Shown in pieces: positions 19,838 through 29,773 of a DNA stretch of 64,000 bases. Location of the stretch: positions 32,001 to 96,000 of the forward strand of contig CBDDTI010000745.1 in assembly GCA_965233585.1 (NCBI GenBank), written 5' to 3'. Position 1 is the first letter of the stretch. Every line of letters begins with the position of its first letter. The stretch is from a bacterium (GTDB lineage: Bacteria; SAR324; NAC60-12). The notes under the pieces were generated by a model that worked only from the letters and a program-made list of their open reading frames with translations, was not told the DNA's origin and made no database searches. The translations under genes were made by a program, and so were the position numbers.

Positions 19838-21391
19838 ATGTCATCAGTGATTTCATGGGTTCAAGATGAAGCAGACCGACTTTTAAAAAACTTGCCTAGT
19901 GATGTGCAAACTGTCAGATTCCAAACAGGCTATGGTCCTTCTGGTTTGCCTCATCTTGGGACGTTTGCTGAGGTGGTGCGTACCTGTTTCATTCTCAAAG
20001 CAATCAAGCACAAAGCACCCCACCTTAACACTGAACTGATTGCCTTTTCTGATGACCTTGACGGCTTGCGGTCTGTTCCTGAAAATGTAGAAGGCAAAGC
20101 GCATCTGAAGCAATACATGGGAGTTCCTCTGTCTGCCATTCCTGACCCTTACGGACAGTTTGAATCCTATGCAGACTACATGAATCATCAACTTCAGCTT
20201 TTTTTGGATTCCTTTGGCTTTGAATACACGTTTGTTTCTTCTACCAAAACTTATCAAAGCGGGCTTTTTGACCCCTATTTGCAAAAGATTTTGGAACACT
20301 ATGACCAAATCAAAGAAGTCTTCACACGTCAGATTGCCAAAGACAAACGTGAGGCATGGAGTCCATTCTTTCCCATTTGCGAAGCCTGTGGAAAGATTTA
20401 CACGACCCAAGTCACAAAAGTAGATGCAGACTCAAAGCTCATTCATTATCAATGCACCCAAGACCAATGGAATCCATGCGGTTATGAAGGAGTCATGCCC
20501 CCCGTTGGTGGTAAACTGAAAGTGGGTTGGAAGATTGACTGGGGAATGCGTTGGGCAGCGCTTGGAATCCATTATGAGATGCACGGAAAGGACTTGCTTG
20601 AGTCAGTTCCAGTCAGTGCAAAAGTCTGTCAAATTCTAGGTAAGACACCACCTTTGACGTACAAGTATGAACTCTTTCTTGATGAAGCGGGGCAGAAGAT
20701 TTCTAAAAAAATTGGCAATGGAATCTCTATGACACAATGGTTAAGTTATGCACCGCTTGGGGCATTACTTCACTTTTTATTGGGGAATCCAAACAAACCT
20801 AAAAAAATGGGACTGCCTATTCTACCAAGACTTGTTGATGACTTTTTCCGAAGTACTCAAGACTCTGAAACAGAGTTTTCTGCTTTGTGGTTTCTGAAAC
20901 AATTTGGCAGGGGAGACAAGCCGATTGTGCCTGATGCCCCGCCTAAACTTTCTTATGCACTGCTTGCTAATGTTGCAGAAAGTATTGGGATTCAATCTGC
21001 AGATTTGTTGATGAATTATGTCAAGAGATATGACCCTCAAGCCAGCCCTCAATTTTATCAAGGACTTTGTCAGTGTGTGATTCAATTTGTGCAAGAGTAT
21101 CAAAAAACGCTTCCTGCTGAAGAAGTTTCGTTGGGGGACATAGACACCTCATGGCTTCAAAAAATACGTGATGGTCTGCATGAGATAGATGAGTCAGACT
21201 TTCAAGATGGTGAGCGATTACAAAGTTTTCTCTTTGCCATTGGTCAAGAGGCAACTGCTGATCAAAAAAAGTGGTTTGAATTTTTATACTCTGCTTTGCT
21301 ACATAAAAAATCAGGTCCCAAACTTGGTCCATTCTTGGCAGTATTGGGCAAAGCTGAAGCCATCAAACTTTTTGAAGACGTCCTTCTTTAA
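19838..21391 (+). CDS. lysS: Lysyl-tRNA synthetase, class I
   Basis: TGYGPSGLPHLGTF.EV.RT, WKIDW.MRW, YEM.GKDL, KISKK.GNG. Confidence 0.95.
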   Translation: MSSVISWVQDEADRLLKNLPSDVQTVRFQTGYGPSGLPHLGTFAEVVRTCFILKAIKHKAPHLNTELIAFSDDLDGLRSVPENVEGKAHLKQYMGVPLSAIPDPYGQFESYADYMNHQLQLFLDSFGFEYTFVSSTKTYQSGLFDPYLQKILEHYDQIKEVFTRQIAKDKREAWSPFFPICEACGKIYTTQVTKVDADSKLIHYQCTQDQWNPCGYEGVMPPVGGKLKVGWKIDWGMRWAALGIHYEMHGKDLLESVPVSAKVCQILGKTPPLTYKYELFLDEAGQKISKKIGNGISMTQWLSYAPLGALLHFLLGNPNKPKKMGLPILPRLVDDFFRSTQDSETEFSALWFLKQFGRGDKPIVPDAPPKLSYALLANVAESIGIQSADLLMNYVKRYDPQASPQFYQGLCQCVIQFVQEYQKTLPAEEVSLGDIDTSWLQKIRDGLHEIDESDFQDGERLQSFLFAIGQEATADQKKWFEFLYSALLHKKSGPKLGPFLAVLGKAEAIKLFEDVLL

Positions 21392-21393
21392 GC

Positions 21394-22374
21394 ATGCTCT
21401 CTCCTCCGCCAAAAAAACGTTCTAAACCTAAAACACTTCTCAAAGCAGTGATGATCCTTGCTTTGCCTTTGTTAGGCGGGGTGGCAGGTCACAAAAATTA
21501 CCAATATTTACAACGTAAAGGGTGTTTCCCCCTGCCCCATGATTACGTCAAGATTCAATTACCAGAGAGGGACACGGTGCGATTTCTTGTCTTGGGAGAC
21601 ATTGGCTCTACCGATGGGAAGAATTTGCGTCAAAGACGGATAGCAAATGAGGCATTGAAAGTTTGTAACCAAAAAGGCTGTGATTTCGCACTGCTTTTGG
21701 GGGATAACTTTATGCCCAATGGCATTGAATCTATTGACGACCCTTTAATTGAAGAAACCTTTGACAACATTTATCAGTCCTTTGACATTCCATTTATTGC
21801 CGCTTTGGGAAACCATGACGTCAAAGGCGATGTCTTGTCTCAGGTCATTTACAGCCTAAAAAATCCAAAATGGAAGATGCCCAATTATTTTTATCAATTT
21901 CAGGCAGGGTTGGTCTCGTTTGCCTCTATCAACACCAGTTGCAACATTTGGGCATGGTTGCAGTTGGAGAGCATGGTCAAAAAACACCCAAAAGGCTGGT
22001 CTATCCTCATGGGGCATCACCCGATCTATTCTTCTGGTGTGCATGGAGACAATGAATTGCAAAACATCTGGTTTTGGAATTGGGTGTTAAAAAAACGTTT
22101 TGATTTTTATTTGGCAGGACATAATCATCATTTAGAGCATCTGCAAAAGGAAGGAGACGACACCGAATACATCATCAGCGGTGCGGCATCAAGCAATTAT
22201 GAAAGTTCAAGCAACCGTCAAAGGAACAAAACCTCACAAGCAAACACATTGTTTGCTCATCAGAGCAATGGTTTTATTCACATGCAGGTTTCCCTTGAAA
22301 AAGCAAGAGTAGAATACTATGACCTGACTGGAAAGCTCCTTTATCATTTTGAAAAAAAACGCTCACTCTTTTGA
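21394..22374 (+). CDS. Metallophosphoesterase (purple acid phosphatase-like)
   Basis: GD.G, GDNF, GNHD, GHHP, GH.H motifs. Confidence 0.9.
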   Translation: MLSPPPKKRSKPKTLLKAVMILALPLLGGVAGHKNYQYLQRKGCFPLPHDYVKIQLPERDTVRFLVLGDIGSTDGKNLRQRRIANEALKVCNQKGCDFALLLGDNFMPNGIESIDDPLIEETFDNIYQSFDIPFIAALGNHDVKGDVLSQVIYSLKNPKWKMPNYFYQFQAGLVSFASINTSCNIWAWLQLESMVKKHPKGWSILMGHHPIYSSGVHGDNELQNIWFWNWVLKKRFDFYLAGHNHHLEHLQKEGDDTEYIISGAASSNYESSSNRQRNKTSQANTLFAHQSNGFIHMQVSLEKARVEYYDLTGKLLYHFEKKRSLF

Positions 22375-22394
22375 CCAATTCTTCTAAACTCCTT

Positions 22395-23060
22395 ATGTTC
22401 CCCAAAATCAAAGCGGTCATTTATGACATGGACGGCTTGTTGCTTAACACTGAAATTTTTTATTCCCAAGCCTCAAATGCTGTTTTTAGCCGCTACGGCA
22501 AAACCATGAGCGATGAGCTGAAGTCTCGTGTCATTGGAAGACCAACGATGGAGTCTGCCAAATTACTGGTAGAAGAGCTTCAACTTCCTCTTTCACCTGA
22601 AGAATATTTAAAGCAACGCAATGAGATTTTAACAACACTCATGCCAGATGCCCAAGCCATGCCCGGTGCCAAAGAACTCACTCACTTTCTGCATTCGCAA
22701 AACGTCAAGCAGGCTGTGGCAACCAGCACGCAAACGCCTTTCTTTCACATCAAAACTCAAAGTCATCAAGACTGGTTTGCCCTTTTTGACACAATCATTT
22801 GCGGAGACCATCCTGACATCGTTCATGGCAAACCTGCACCTGACATCTTCTTGATTGCTGCAAAACAGTTGGGAATTGCCCCAGAATCCTGCCTTGTTTT
22901 TGAAGATTCCCCTGCAGGTGTCCAAGCTGCCAAGTCTGCAAACATGTCTGTTGTGGCTGTCTTAGAAGACTATGCCAATCCCAAATACTACACACAAGCA
23001 GACCAGATTTTGCATTCCCTAGAAGACTTTGATGCCGCTCAATGGTCTTTGCCAACCTGA
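22395..23060 (+). CDS. HAD-superfamily phosphatase
   Basis: DMDGLLL.TE, GKPAPDIF, FEDSP.G. Confidence 0.92.
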   Translation: MFPKIKAVIYDMDGLLLNTEIFYSQASNAVFSRYGKTMSDELKSRVIGRPTMESAKLLVEELQLPLSPEEYLKQRNEILTTLMPDAQAMPGAKELTHFLHSQNVKQAVATSTQTPFFHIKTQSHQDWFALFDTIICGDHPDIVHGKPAPDIFLIAAKQLGIAPESCLVFEDSPAGVQAAKSANMSVVAVLEDYANPKYYTQADQILHSLEDFDAAQWSLPT

Positions 23061-23280
23061 AGCATTGAACAATCTTGCTCAATGCAAAAAAGTAAGGATT
23101 GCATCGGGATTGCCCTCCCTCTGAAAAAATGGCATTTTTTCATGTCATCTGTCCTAATCAATCTGCAGTAAGGAAGCCAAACGTTGACTTCAAAAATCTC
23201 AATTTTGTTTAAGATTCGCAATCGGAATCAAAGTTTGGTATCATGGTCATCTTTGCCTTGATTTAGTCTTTGGAGGAAAT

Positions 23281-23728
23281 GATGTCAAAAATTTTATTAC
23301 TTAATGGTCCCAATCTGAATTTACTGGGAAGTCGTGAACCCGAAATTTATGGATATTCTACCCTTGAGGATATTGAGCAATTAGTTGTCAACCTTGCCGA
23401 GAAAGCAGGATTATCTTGTGAGTGTTTTCAGTCTAACCATGAAGGAGTGTTGGTAGATTGGATTCATCAACACCGCACAGGTGAGTTTTTAATTTTCAAC
23501 CCCGGCGCATTTTCTCATACAAGTATTGCGTTGCGTGATGCAATGAGTGCTGTCCAGATTCCATTGATTGAATTGCATCTTTCCAATGTTTACCAACGTG
23601 AGACGTTCCGTCATAAATCTTATTTTGCAGACATTGCAGTAGGAGTATTGGCAGGTTTGGGAGTCAAGGGATATGAGCTTGCTACTCAATTTGCAATAGA
23701 TTGGATTCACCAAAAAGCGAAGCTATGA
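23281..23728 (+). CDS. aroQ: Type II 3-dehydroquinate dehydratase
   Basis: [38 protein letters not shown]; start approximate. Confidence 0.96.
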
Positions 23729-24792
23729 TGCAATCAGTTGTCAAACTTTTGTTAGAAGAGAGGACTCTCCGCATTGTGTTTGCAGTGTCAGGTCTTGCTT
23801 TGGCAATGGCATTGGCTTATGGGTCAGGAAGGCTAGGCGGGCTTTGGGTCAGTGCCAACATTCTCAAACTCCCTCCTCCACAAGCCAAATTGCCTCCTTT
23901 GCCAAATCAATCAAGTCTTTCTGATGTTGGCTTTACTAGCACTTACTTCAAGGATATTGTGGAACAAAATGTTTTTGATGCGGCAATAACTCCAAAAGAA
24001 GAAGTTGCAGAGCCAGAATTGCAAGAAGAAGCACCCCCTACACAAGGGCAAACTGAACAGACTGTTGAAACTTTACAAATCAACTTCCAGCTTTACGGCA
24101 CAGCGATTTTAAGCAATTCCTCTTATGCTTGGCTAGGACAGGATTCACCAAACAATGCCAGCATTTTTTACAAAAATGACTGCTTTTCTGGGGAGCTAGA
24201 TTTTTCTAAAGTCTGTGATGACAGTACATTCAAGCTATCAAAAGTGGAAAAAAACCGTGTAGCAATTCTGGTCAATAGTAAAGAAATTTGGCTTGAACGT
24301 GTTCAGGAAGACCAGCTTGCCTCAGTAGAAAATCTTTCAGAACAAAATGAGGCTAAAGAAAGAGTCAAGCCTGCACAACCCCTGACTTCTGACCCAAATC
24401 CAGCACCCCAAATCCAACCTGAACAAGAAGTTACAACACAAGTAGAAACACCTCAACCACAGACCGACAGCCAACAAGAGATTTTTCAAATCCAACGTGT
24501 TTGGGTTGACGAGCAGTTGGCAAATTTTGGTCAAATTTTACAAGATGCCCGTGTGATTCCAGAGATAAAAGGAGAGACAACGCTCTTTAAATTTGACTGG
24601 ATTAGAGAAGACAGCATGTATTCAAGGCTTGGTCTGCAACAAGGGGACATCATTCTTTCTATCAATGACATCATCATTGACAACATCGCTAAGGCGATGG
24701 GATTACTCAATAAGTTGCAATCAGAACGAGAGATTAAATTAGAAATAGAAAGAGAAGAACAACGCAAGCTGCTGCAGTATTACATCAATTAG
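23725..24792 (+). CDS. GspC-like type II secretion protein with C-terminal PDZ domain
   Basis: N-terminal TM, QNVFD, L.GT HR-like domain, S.Y..LGLQ.GDII.SIN PDZ. Confidence 0.75.
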   Translation: MMQSVVKLLLEERTLRIVFAVSGLALAMALAYGSGRLGGLWVSANILKLPPPQAKLPPLPNQSSLSDVGFTSTYFKDIVEQNVFDAAITPKEEVAEPELQEEAPPTQGQTEQTVETLQINFQLYGTAILSNSSYAWLGQDSPNNASIFYKNDCFSGELDFSKVCDDSTFKLSKVEKNRVAILVNSKEIWLERVQEDQLASVENLSEQNEAKERVKPAQPLTSDPNPAPQIQPEQEVTTQVETPQPQTDSQQEIFQIQRVWVDEQLANFGQILQDARVIPEIKGETTLFKFDWIREDSMYSRLGLQQGDIILSINDIIIDNIAKAMGLLNKLQSEREIKLEIEREEQRKLLQYYIN

Positions 24793-24801
24793 GAAAAGGC
24801 G

Positions 24802-25515
24802 ATGCAAACGAAAGAGTCTATTGTCATTTTGACAGGTGCAGGGATTTCTGCAGAATCGGGTATTGCGACTTTTCGTGCGTTGGGTGGTTTATGGGAACAA
24901 GAACCGATTGAAAATGTGGCAACATACGAGGGGTATGAAAAAGATGCTCATCGTGTGCATAGTTTTTACAACAAACGAAGGCAACAGCTACTTGACCCTA
25001 GCATTGCACCAAATGCTGCACATTTTGCACTGGCTAAGCTGGAGCAAGAGTATCAAGGCGCTGTGCTGGTGGTGACACAAAACATTGATGATTTGCATGA
25101 ACGTGCAGGCACACAAAATTTGATCCATATGCACGGAGAGCTTTTGAAGTGCCAATGCGAGCATTGCTTAACTGTCAAAGAAATCAGAGAGGATTGTTTT
25201 CCTGAGACGTCTTGCACCCATTGTGGGGCAACTGGCAAGATTCGTCCTCATATTGTCTGGTTTGGTGAGGAGCCTTTTCAAATGGAAGACATTTATGACG
25301 CCTTTCTCAAGAGTAAGATTTTTGTTTCTATTGGAACATCAGGTCAAGTGTATCCTGCAGCAGGCTTGGCTCACCTTGCCAATCAAAATCAATTCTCACA
25401 AATCATTGAAATCAATTTAGAAGAGTCATCGGTTGCCAATGAATTTAAAGACCGTCGTTATGGTAAGGCAACCGAGCTTGTGCCTCAACTTGTTGATGAA
25501 ATCCTTGCTTCTTGA
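24802..25515 (+). CDS. cobB: NAD-dependent protein deacylase (sirtuin)
   Basis: LTGAGISAESGI.TFR, TQNID.LHERAG, HMHG, GTSG.VYPAAG. Confidence 0.95.
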   Translation: MQTKESIVILTGAGISAESGIATFRALGGLWEQEPIENVATYEGYEKDAHRVHSFYNKRRQQLLDPSIAPNAAHFALAKLEQEYQGAVLVVTQNIDDLHERAGTQNLIHMHGELLKCQCEHCLTVKEIREDCFPETSCTHCGATGKIRPHIVWFGEEPFQMEDIYDAFLKSKIFVSIGTSGQVYPAAGLAHLANQNQFSQIIEINLEESSVANEFKDRRYGKATELVPQLVDEILAS

Positions 25516-25528
25516 ATGAGCTTTTTGA

Positions 25529-26770
25529 ATGGACGCTTTACAAGCACTTCGGTCACAAGGCAGAATCCACTTTGCACAGGCTCTTGAAGAACTAGCTGAC
25601 ACCACTGCACAAAGCTACTCCGAAAGTTTATTTTCACACACCAGCCACTCTCCCCTTGAAACAACTCTTCAAGATTCTTTCAAACACTATTTTGACAAAC
25701 ATCTCAACAAACAAGACTCACAAGATGCCTTAAATGAGCTTTGGCAACATCGCACTTTGCAAACGACAACACATGTCACCCTTTCTGAAGGGGCAACTTT
25801 TTTTGCAACGCATTGGCTAGCTTCCTGTGGTCTTGATTCCAAACGTCCTTATCTCATTGCGGCATTTTCTGGCGTGCCTTTTTCTAACCAAGCATGGTCT
25901 GGCTGCCTGAATTATGGGCATCAGACGAGGTTAGAACAGGTTTTAAAGCCAAGTTCTGCCTTTTTCAAAGACTCAAAGCTGGCAGAAAAAAATCGCATGA
26001 AAGATTGCAGTGACAAGAGGCTTTCAATGCTGACTGGTCAAATGCGGGACGCCTTAGTTTACCAAAGTCATCTGCCTGAAAGGTTGTTGCAGATGTCTGA
26101 TGACTTTCAAAATCCTTTGAGTGAGTTTGTGCCACCATTCCAAAGTGAGTTTTTCACAGATTGGGCGATGCAATTTTCTCAAAATTTAACAAGGCATCTT
26201 TTGCCTCAAGTCAGGTCTATTTATTTTGACATTAATCAGGTCATTGCCAATTATTTAGTGCAGGTTTTGACAGACAAATTGCACCCCGTTTGCCTGATGC
26301 TTTATGGTCAAGATTCGTTAAGACATTTGTCAGGAGTGAATCTGTTTTGCTGTCCCAGTCCCAATGGTCAAAAGGTTTTGCAGATTCAAAGGCATCAACT
26401 CCCTCAAACTCCTGATGAGTTATGCGAAAAAATCTTACAAAACCGCTGGTGTCCTGCCCCCTTTTTAGTGTTCTCCGTGCTTACAGGATTGAATCAATTT
26501 TGTTGTTTTGGGGGATTTGAGCAAGTAGAATACTTTGCAAAATTTCAAAAAATCTGGGAATCTTTGGAAGGCATGAAACCTTTGAAGCTGAGACCTCAAC
26601 AAATGTTGACGACTGGACGCTTTGTGGACTCACAAGGTTTGGGAGTCTTTCCAATAGATTTGATTGTCAATGAATCAGTCAAAGCATCGTGGTCTCTGCC
26701 TTCCAAAAAAAGTCCAGTCAGCCTTCTCATGCAACCTATTGTGAAACAACTTCTTGCAACATGTCCCTGA
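25529..26770 (+). CDS. Hypothetical protein, possibly remote BshC-like fold
   Basis: 413-aa ORF overlapping the gloB start; function is a guess from weak motif resemblance. Confidence 0.6.
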   Translation: MDALQALRSQGRIHFAQALEELADTTAQSYSESLFSHTSHSPLETTLQDSFKHYFDKHLNKQDSQDALNELWQHRTLQTTTHVTLSEGATFFATHWLASCGLDSKRPYLIAAFSGVPFSNQAWSGCLNYGHQTRLEQVLKPSSAFFKDSKLAEKNRMKDCSDKRLSMLTGQMRDALVYQSHLPERLLQMSDDFQNPLSEFVPPFQSEFFTDWAMQFSQNLTRHLLPQVRSIYFDINQVIANYLVQVLTDKLHPVCLMLYGQDSLRHLSGVNLFCCPSPNGQKVLQIQRHQLPQTPDELCEKILQNRWCPAPFLVFSVLTGLNQFCCFGGFEQVEYFAKFQKIWESLEGMKPLKLRPQQMLTTGRFVDSQGLGVFPIDLIVNESVKASWSLPSKKSPVSLLMQPIVKQLLATCP

Positions 26771-27519
26771 AAATTTTACCCATTCCATGTCTAAGCGACA
26801 ATTACGCTTATTTGTTGACTTGCCAACAGACCCATCAAGTCGCAGTGGTCGACCCCAGTGAGGCAAGTCCTGTGCTTGATGCCCTAAAAGGAAGGACACT
26901 TCATGCCATCTGGAACACTCACCATCATTGGGACCACGTCGGTGGGAATGATGAGCTAGTGCAAACGTTTCCTCATGTCAACGTCTATGGATTCCACACA
27001 GACGAAGGCAGGATTCCCCGCCAAAATGTCTTTTTAAAAGATGGTGAAAGGTTTCAATTTGGGACATGGCAAGTAGAAATCTCACACAATCCGGGGCATA
27101 CATCAGGGGCATTAACCTATTACATTGACAACAATGCTTTCACAGGAGACACATTGTTTTCAATAGGTTGTGGTCGTGTGTTTGAAGGGACTTATGAGCA
27201 GATGTATAAATCGTTGAATCATGTGATAGGGGTGCGTGAAGATTCAATGAAAATTTATGCAGGGCATGAATATACCCAAAAAAATCTTGAGTTTGCAAGG
27301 TGGCTTGAACCTGAAAATCAAGACGTCATTCAAGCACTAGCAAGTCTCCGCTTGCCTTGTAGTATGCCTAGCACTTTGGGATACGAAAAACGGGTCAACC
27401 CTTTCTTACGTGTCCAATGTCCCAAGTTGAGGCAAGCTGTGGCAGCCCATGTTCAGCAATATCCCAAAAACAACTTAGAAACCTTTGCCTTAATTAGAAA
27501 ACTAAAAGATAGTTTTTAA
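26761..27519 (+). CDS. gloB: Hydroxyacylglutathione hydrolase (glyoxalase II)
   Basis: DNYAYL, THHHWDHVGG, PGHT, FTGDTLF..GCGR.FEG, GHEYT..N, EK..NPFLR. Confidence 0.95.
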   Translation: MSLKILPIPCLSDNYAYLLTCQQTHQVAVVDPSEASPVLDALKGRTLHAIWNTHHHWDHVGGNDELVQTFPHVNVYGFHTDEGRIPRQNVFLKDGERFQFGTWQVEISHNPGHTSGALTYYIDNNAFTGDTLFSIGCGRVFEGTYEQMYKSLNHVIGVREDSMKIYAGHEYTQKNLEFARWLEPENQDVIQALASLRLPCSMPSTLGYEKRVNPFLRVQCPKLRQAVAAHVQQYPKNNLETFALIRKLKDSF

Positions 27520-27571
27520 GTTGACGTTTCGTGTTTGAACACTTAGACTAAATCATTTTATTAATTTTTTT

Positions 27572-27979
27572 ATGACGGAGGATATGATGAAAATCTGGGG
27601 GAATATAAAAATCTGGCAAAAAATGTTGGTTGTCGCTTTTGGAGCTTTGGCAGCAGGTTGTACTACAAACAGCTTGTCAGGTCAATTTACAGCAGTCTCA
27701 TCATTCAATGTCAGAAATTTGAAGTATGACATTGCAACCGATACGACAACTCAAACCAGAGGAGAATCTTGTTGGTCTTATGTTCTGGGAATCAACATTA
27801 ATAAGACAGACATCAGGTTGCAACGTGCCATAGACATTGCTATCAGAAAAGGTCAAGCTCAAGGAATTGATGGAGACCTCTTGACCAATGTCCGTGTTTA
27901 TAACGAGGTCTCTTCTTATCTTGTTTATTCTTCTGATTGCATCATTGTAGAAGGTGATTTGGTCAAGATTCTGCCTTGA
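27572..27979 (+). CDS. Small lipoprotein
   Basis: Lipobox LAAGC; GESC...G and V.G features reminiscent of TRL-like lipoproteins. Confidence 0.65.
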   Translation: MTEDMMKIWGNIKIWQKMLVVAFGALAAGCTTNSLSGQFTAVSSFNVRNLKYDIATDTTTQTRGESCWSYVLGININKTDIRLQRAIDIAIRKGQAQGIDGDLLTNVRVYNEVSSYLVYSSDCIIVEGDLVKILP

Positions 27980-28364
27980 CTTTCTGCCTAATTCTTTTGG
28001 CAAGTGTCCAATGCAGATAAAAGACCACTGAAGCAATCACAAACACGACAGAAATCACAGCCATTCCTTGCTTTCCTGAACGTTGCTTTTTGACAAGGTC
28101 ATTTTGATATTTTGCAAGTCTCCTGCGGGTGAGTTCCTCACCTGTGGGAAGGTCTTCTTTGTTCTTATCATAATACGTGCGACTTTTGAGGCAATCTTTG
28201 TAATTCTCATCAGATTGGTAGCAACTGTAATCATAAGAACTCATTGCAAAATCAGGAGCTAGCCACTCAATCATTGCCCACGACCCAAACCCTGAAATCA
28301 CCACAAACACCACTACCGACACAAAGCACACTGCTAAAGCATACACTTCTAATAAATTCTTCAT
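27963..28364 (-). CDS. Two-TM hypothetical membrane protein
   Basis: Hydrophobic N- and C-terminal helices; purine-rich RBS upstream. Confidence 0.7.
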   Translation of the reverse strand: MKNLLEVYALAVCFVSVVVFVVISGFGSWAMIEWLAPDFAMSSYDYSCYQSDENYKDCLKSRTYYDKNKEDLPTGEELTRRRLAKYQNDLVKKQRSGKQGMAVISVVFVIASVVFYLHWTLAKRIRQKVKAES

Positions 28365-28427
28365 CGCTTCCTTCCCTTCAAAATTAAATTAAAAATGAAT
28401 TATTTTGATGTTTAAATTAAAATTTTT

Positions 28428-29187
28428 GGCATTGTTAAGTAATAAGTGATAGTTGATTATTCCGTTTTGCCATGAACAAAAGAACAGAATATTGTAATGC
28501 TTTAAGAGACTTGCTGTAACATTTGGTTTTCCTTCTCATTCTTGCCAAGAAATGTCTCAAGAGAGAATTATACCCTTCTATCGTGTATGTTTCTGCCTTG
28601 GAACATGTATGAATTTCTTTGGGAATGACTTGTTTGTAAGCCTTGCAGTGATCAGTCATCACCTGAAGAGGTTTTGTTTCCTTGACCTTGTCCCATAAAT
28701 GCCTACAGGCTTTTGAGTCTCTGTTTCCAAGCACACAATTGATAAATTGCTTCCCACATCTATCAACAGCAATCCAGAGCCAGCAGTAGTTTTTTTTGAC
28801 TGGATGTAGGTGTGCATTTCATCAATTTCCATAATTTCAATGTCTGTGTCCTTTCTTAATGCCTTGAGCTGTTCGCCAAAACTACAGACCCAATTATAAA
28901 CTGAAACATGAGAACAATTCAGCAAACGACCGATTGACCTGAAACCAAGACCCTCCAAATACAACTCTAATGCTCTTCTTTTGATCTGTGGTGAGATTTG
29001 ACCACGATAGGACTTGGTATATTGATAGTTGCAGGCATTGCAACGCCTCCTCGGTTTACCATATAAAAAACCATTCTTAACCATCTTCTCACTTTCACAT
29101 CTAGGACACGACTTCATTGCTACACCATGACTATCAATTCAATTAAATGAACTTAATATCGCATATCACTTATAGTTTAACAATACC
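28428..29187 (-). mobile_element. IS1-family element, apparently intact (760 bp)
   Basis: IRs GG(T/C)ATTGTTAA...ATAAGTGATA; 8-bp TSD AAATTTTT at 28420-28427 and 29188-29195; InsA 28659-29117, A8C frameshift site near 28789-28797, InsB ends 28435. Confidence 0.93.
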
Positions 29188-29282
29188 AAATTTTTCAATG
29201 AAAAATATCAAAACGTTCATGCTTTCCTAAAGAGGAGAAATACACAACAAGTGACCAAAAAGCCAAGCCTACAAACTCTCTC

Positions 29283-29723
29283 CGTCATTCCGCACTTGAT
29301 GCGGAATCTCAAAAAAATAGAGATTGCGGGTCAAGTCCCGCAATGACAAAGAATGTCTTCATTTTTCACGTCATTCCGCACTTGATGCGGAATCTCAAAA
29401 AAATAGAGTTGTTAGAAAAAAGACAAAGAAGATTGCGGGTCAAGGTGAGCCATGACGGGGAATGAGGAAAAGAGCAAACTCCTCTCAGTCATTCCGCACT
29501 TGATGCGTAATTTATCACCAAACCAAGCACAGATTACTACATGACTGGATTCCTGCTTTCGCTCCGAATGACAATAGTTTTCATTGCAGAATTTGATTCA
29601 GAATGTCAAAGCCTCCGTCACTTGAGTGCCTCTCTTTGTCATTCTGCACTTGATGCGGAATCTCAAAACAAGAGAGATTGCGGGTCAGGTCCCGCAATGA
29701 CGGTTTTTAAGGTGAGCCATGAA
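29283..29723. repeat. REP-like palindrome cluster 5
   Basis: Four GTCATTC(C/T)GCACTTGATGCG copies and GAGATTGCGGGTCA(A/G)GTCCCGCAATGAC copies. Confidence 0.9.
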
Positions 29724-29773
29724 AAAGACAAGGGGTGCTTGCCATCAGCAAGCAAGGTATGTTTTGACAATGT

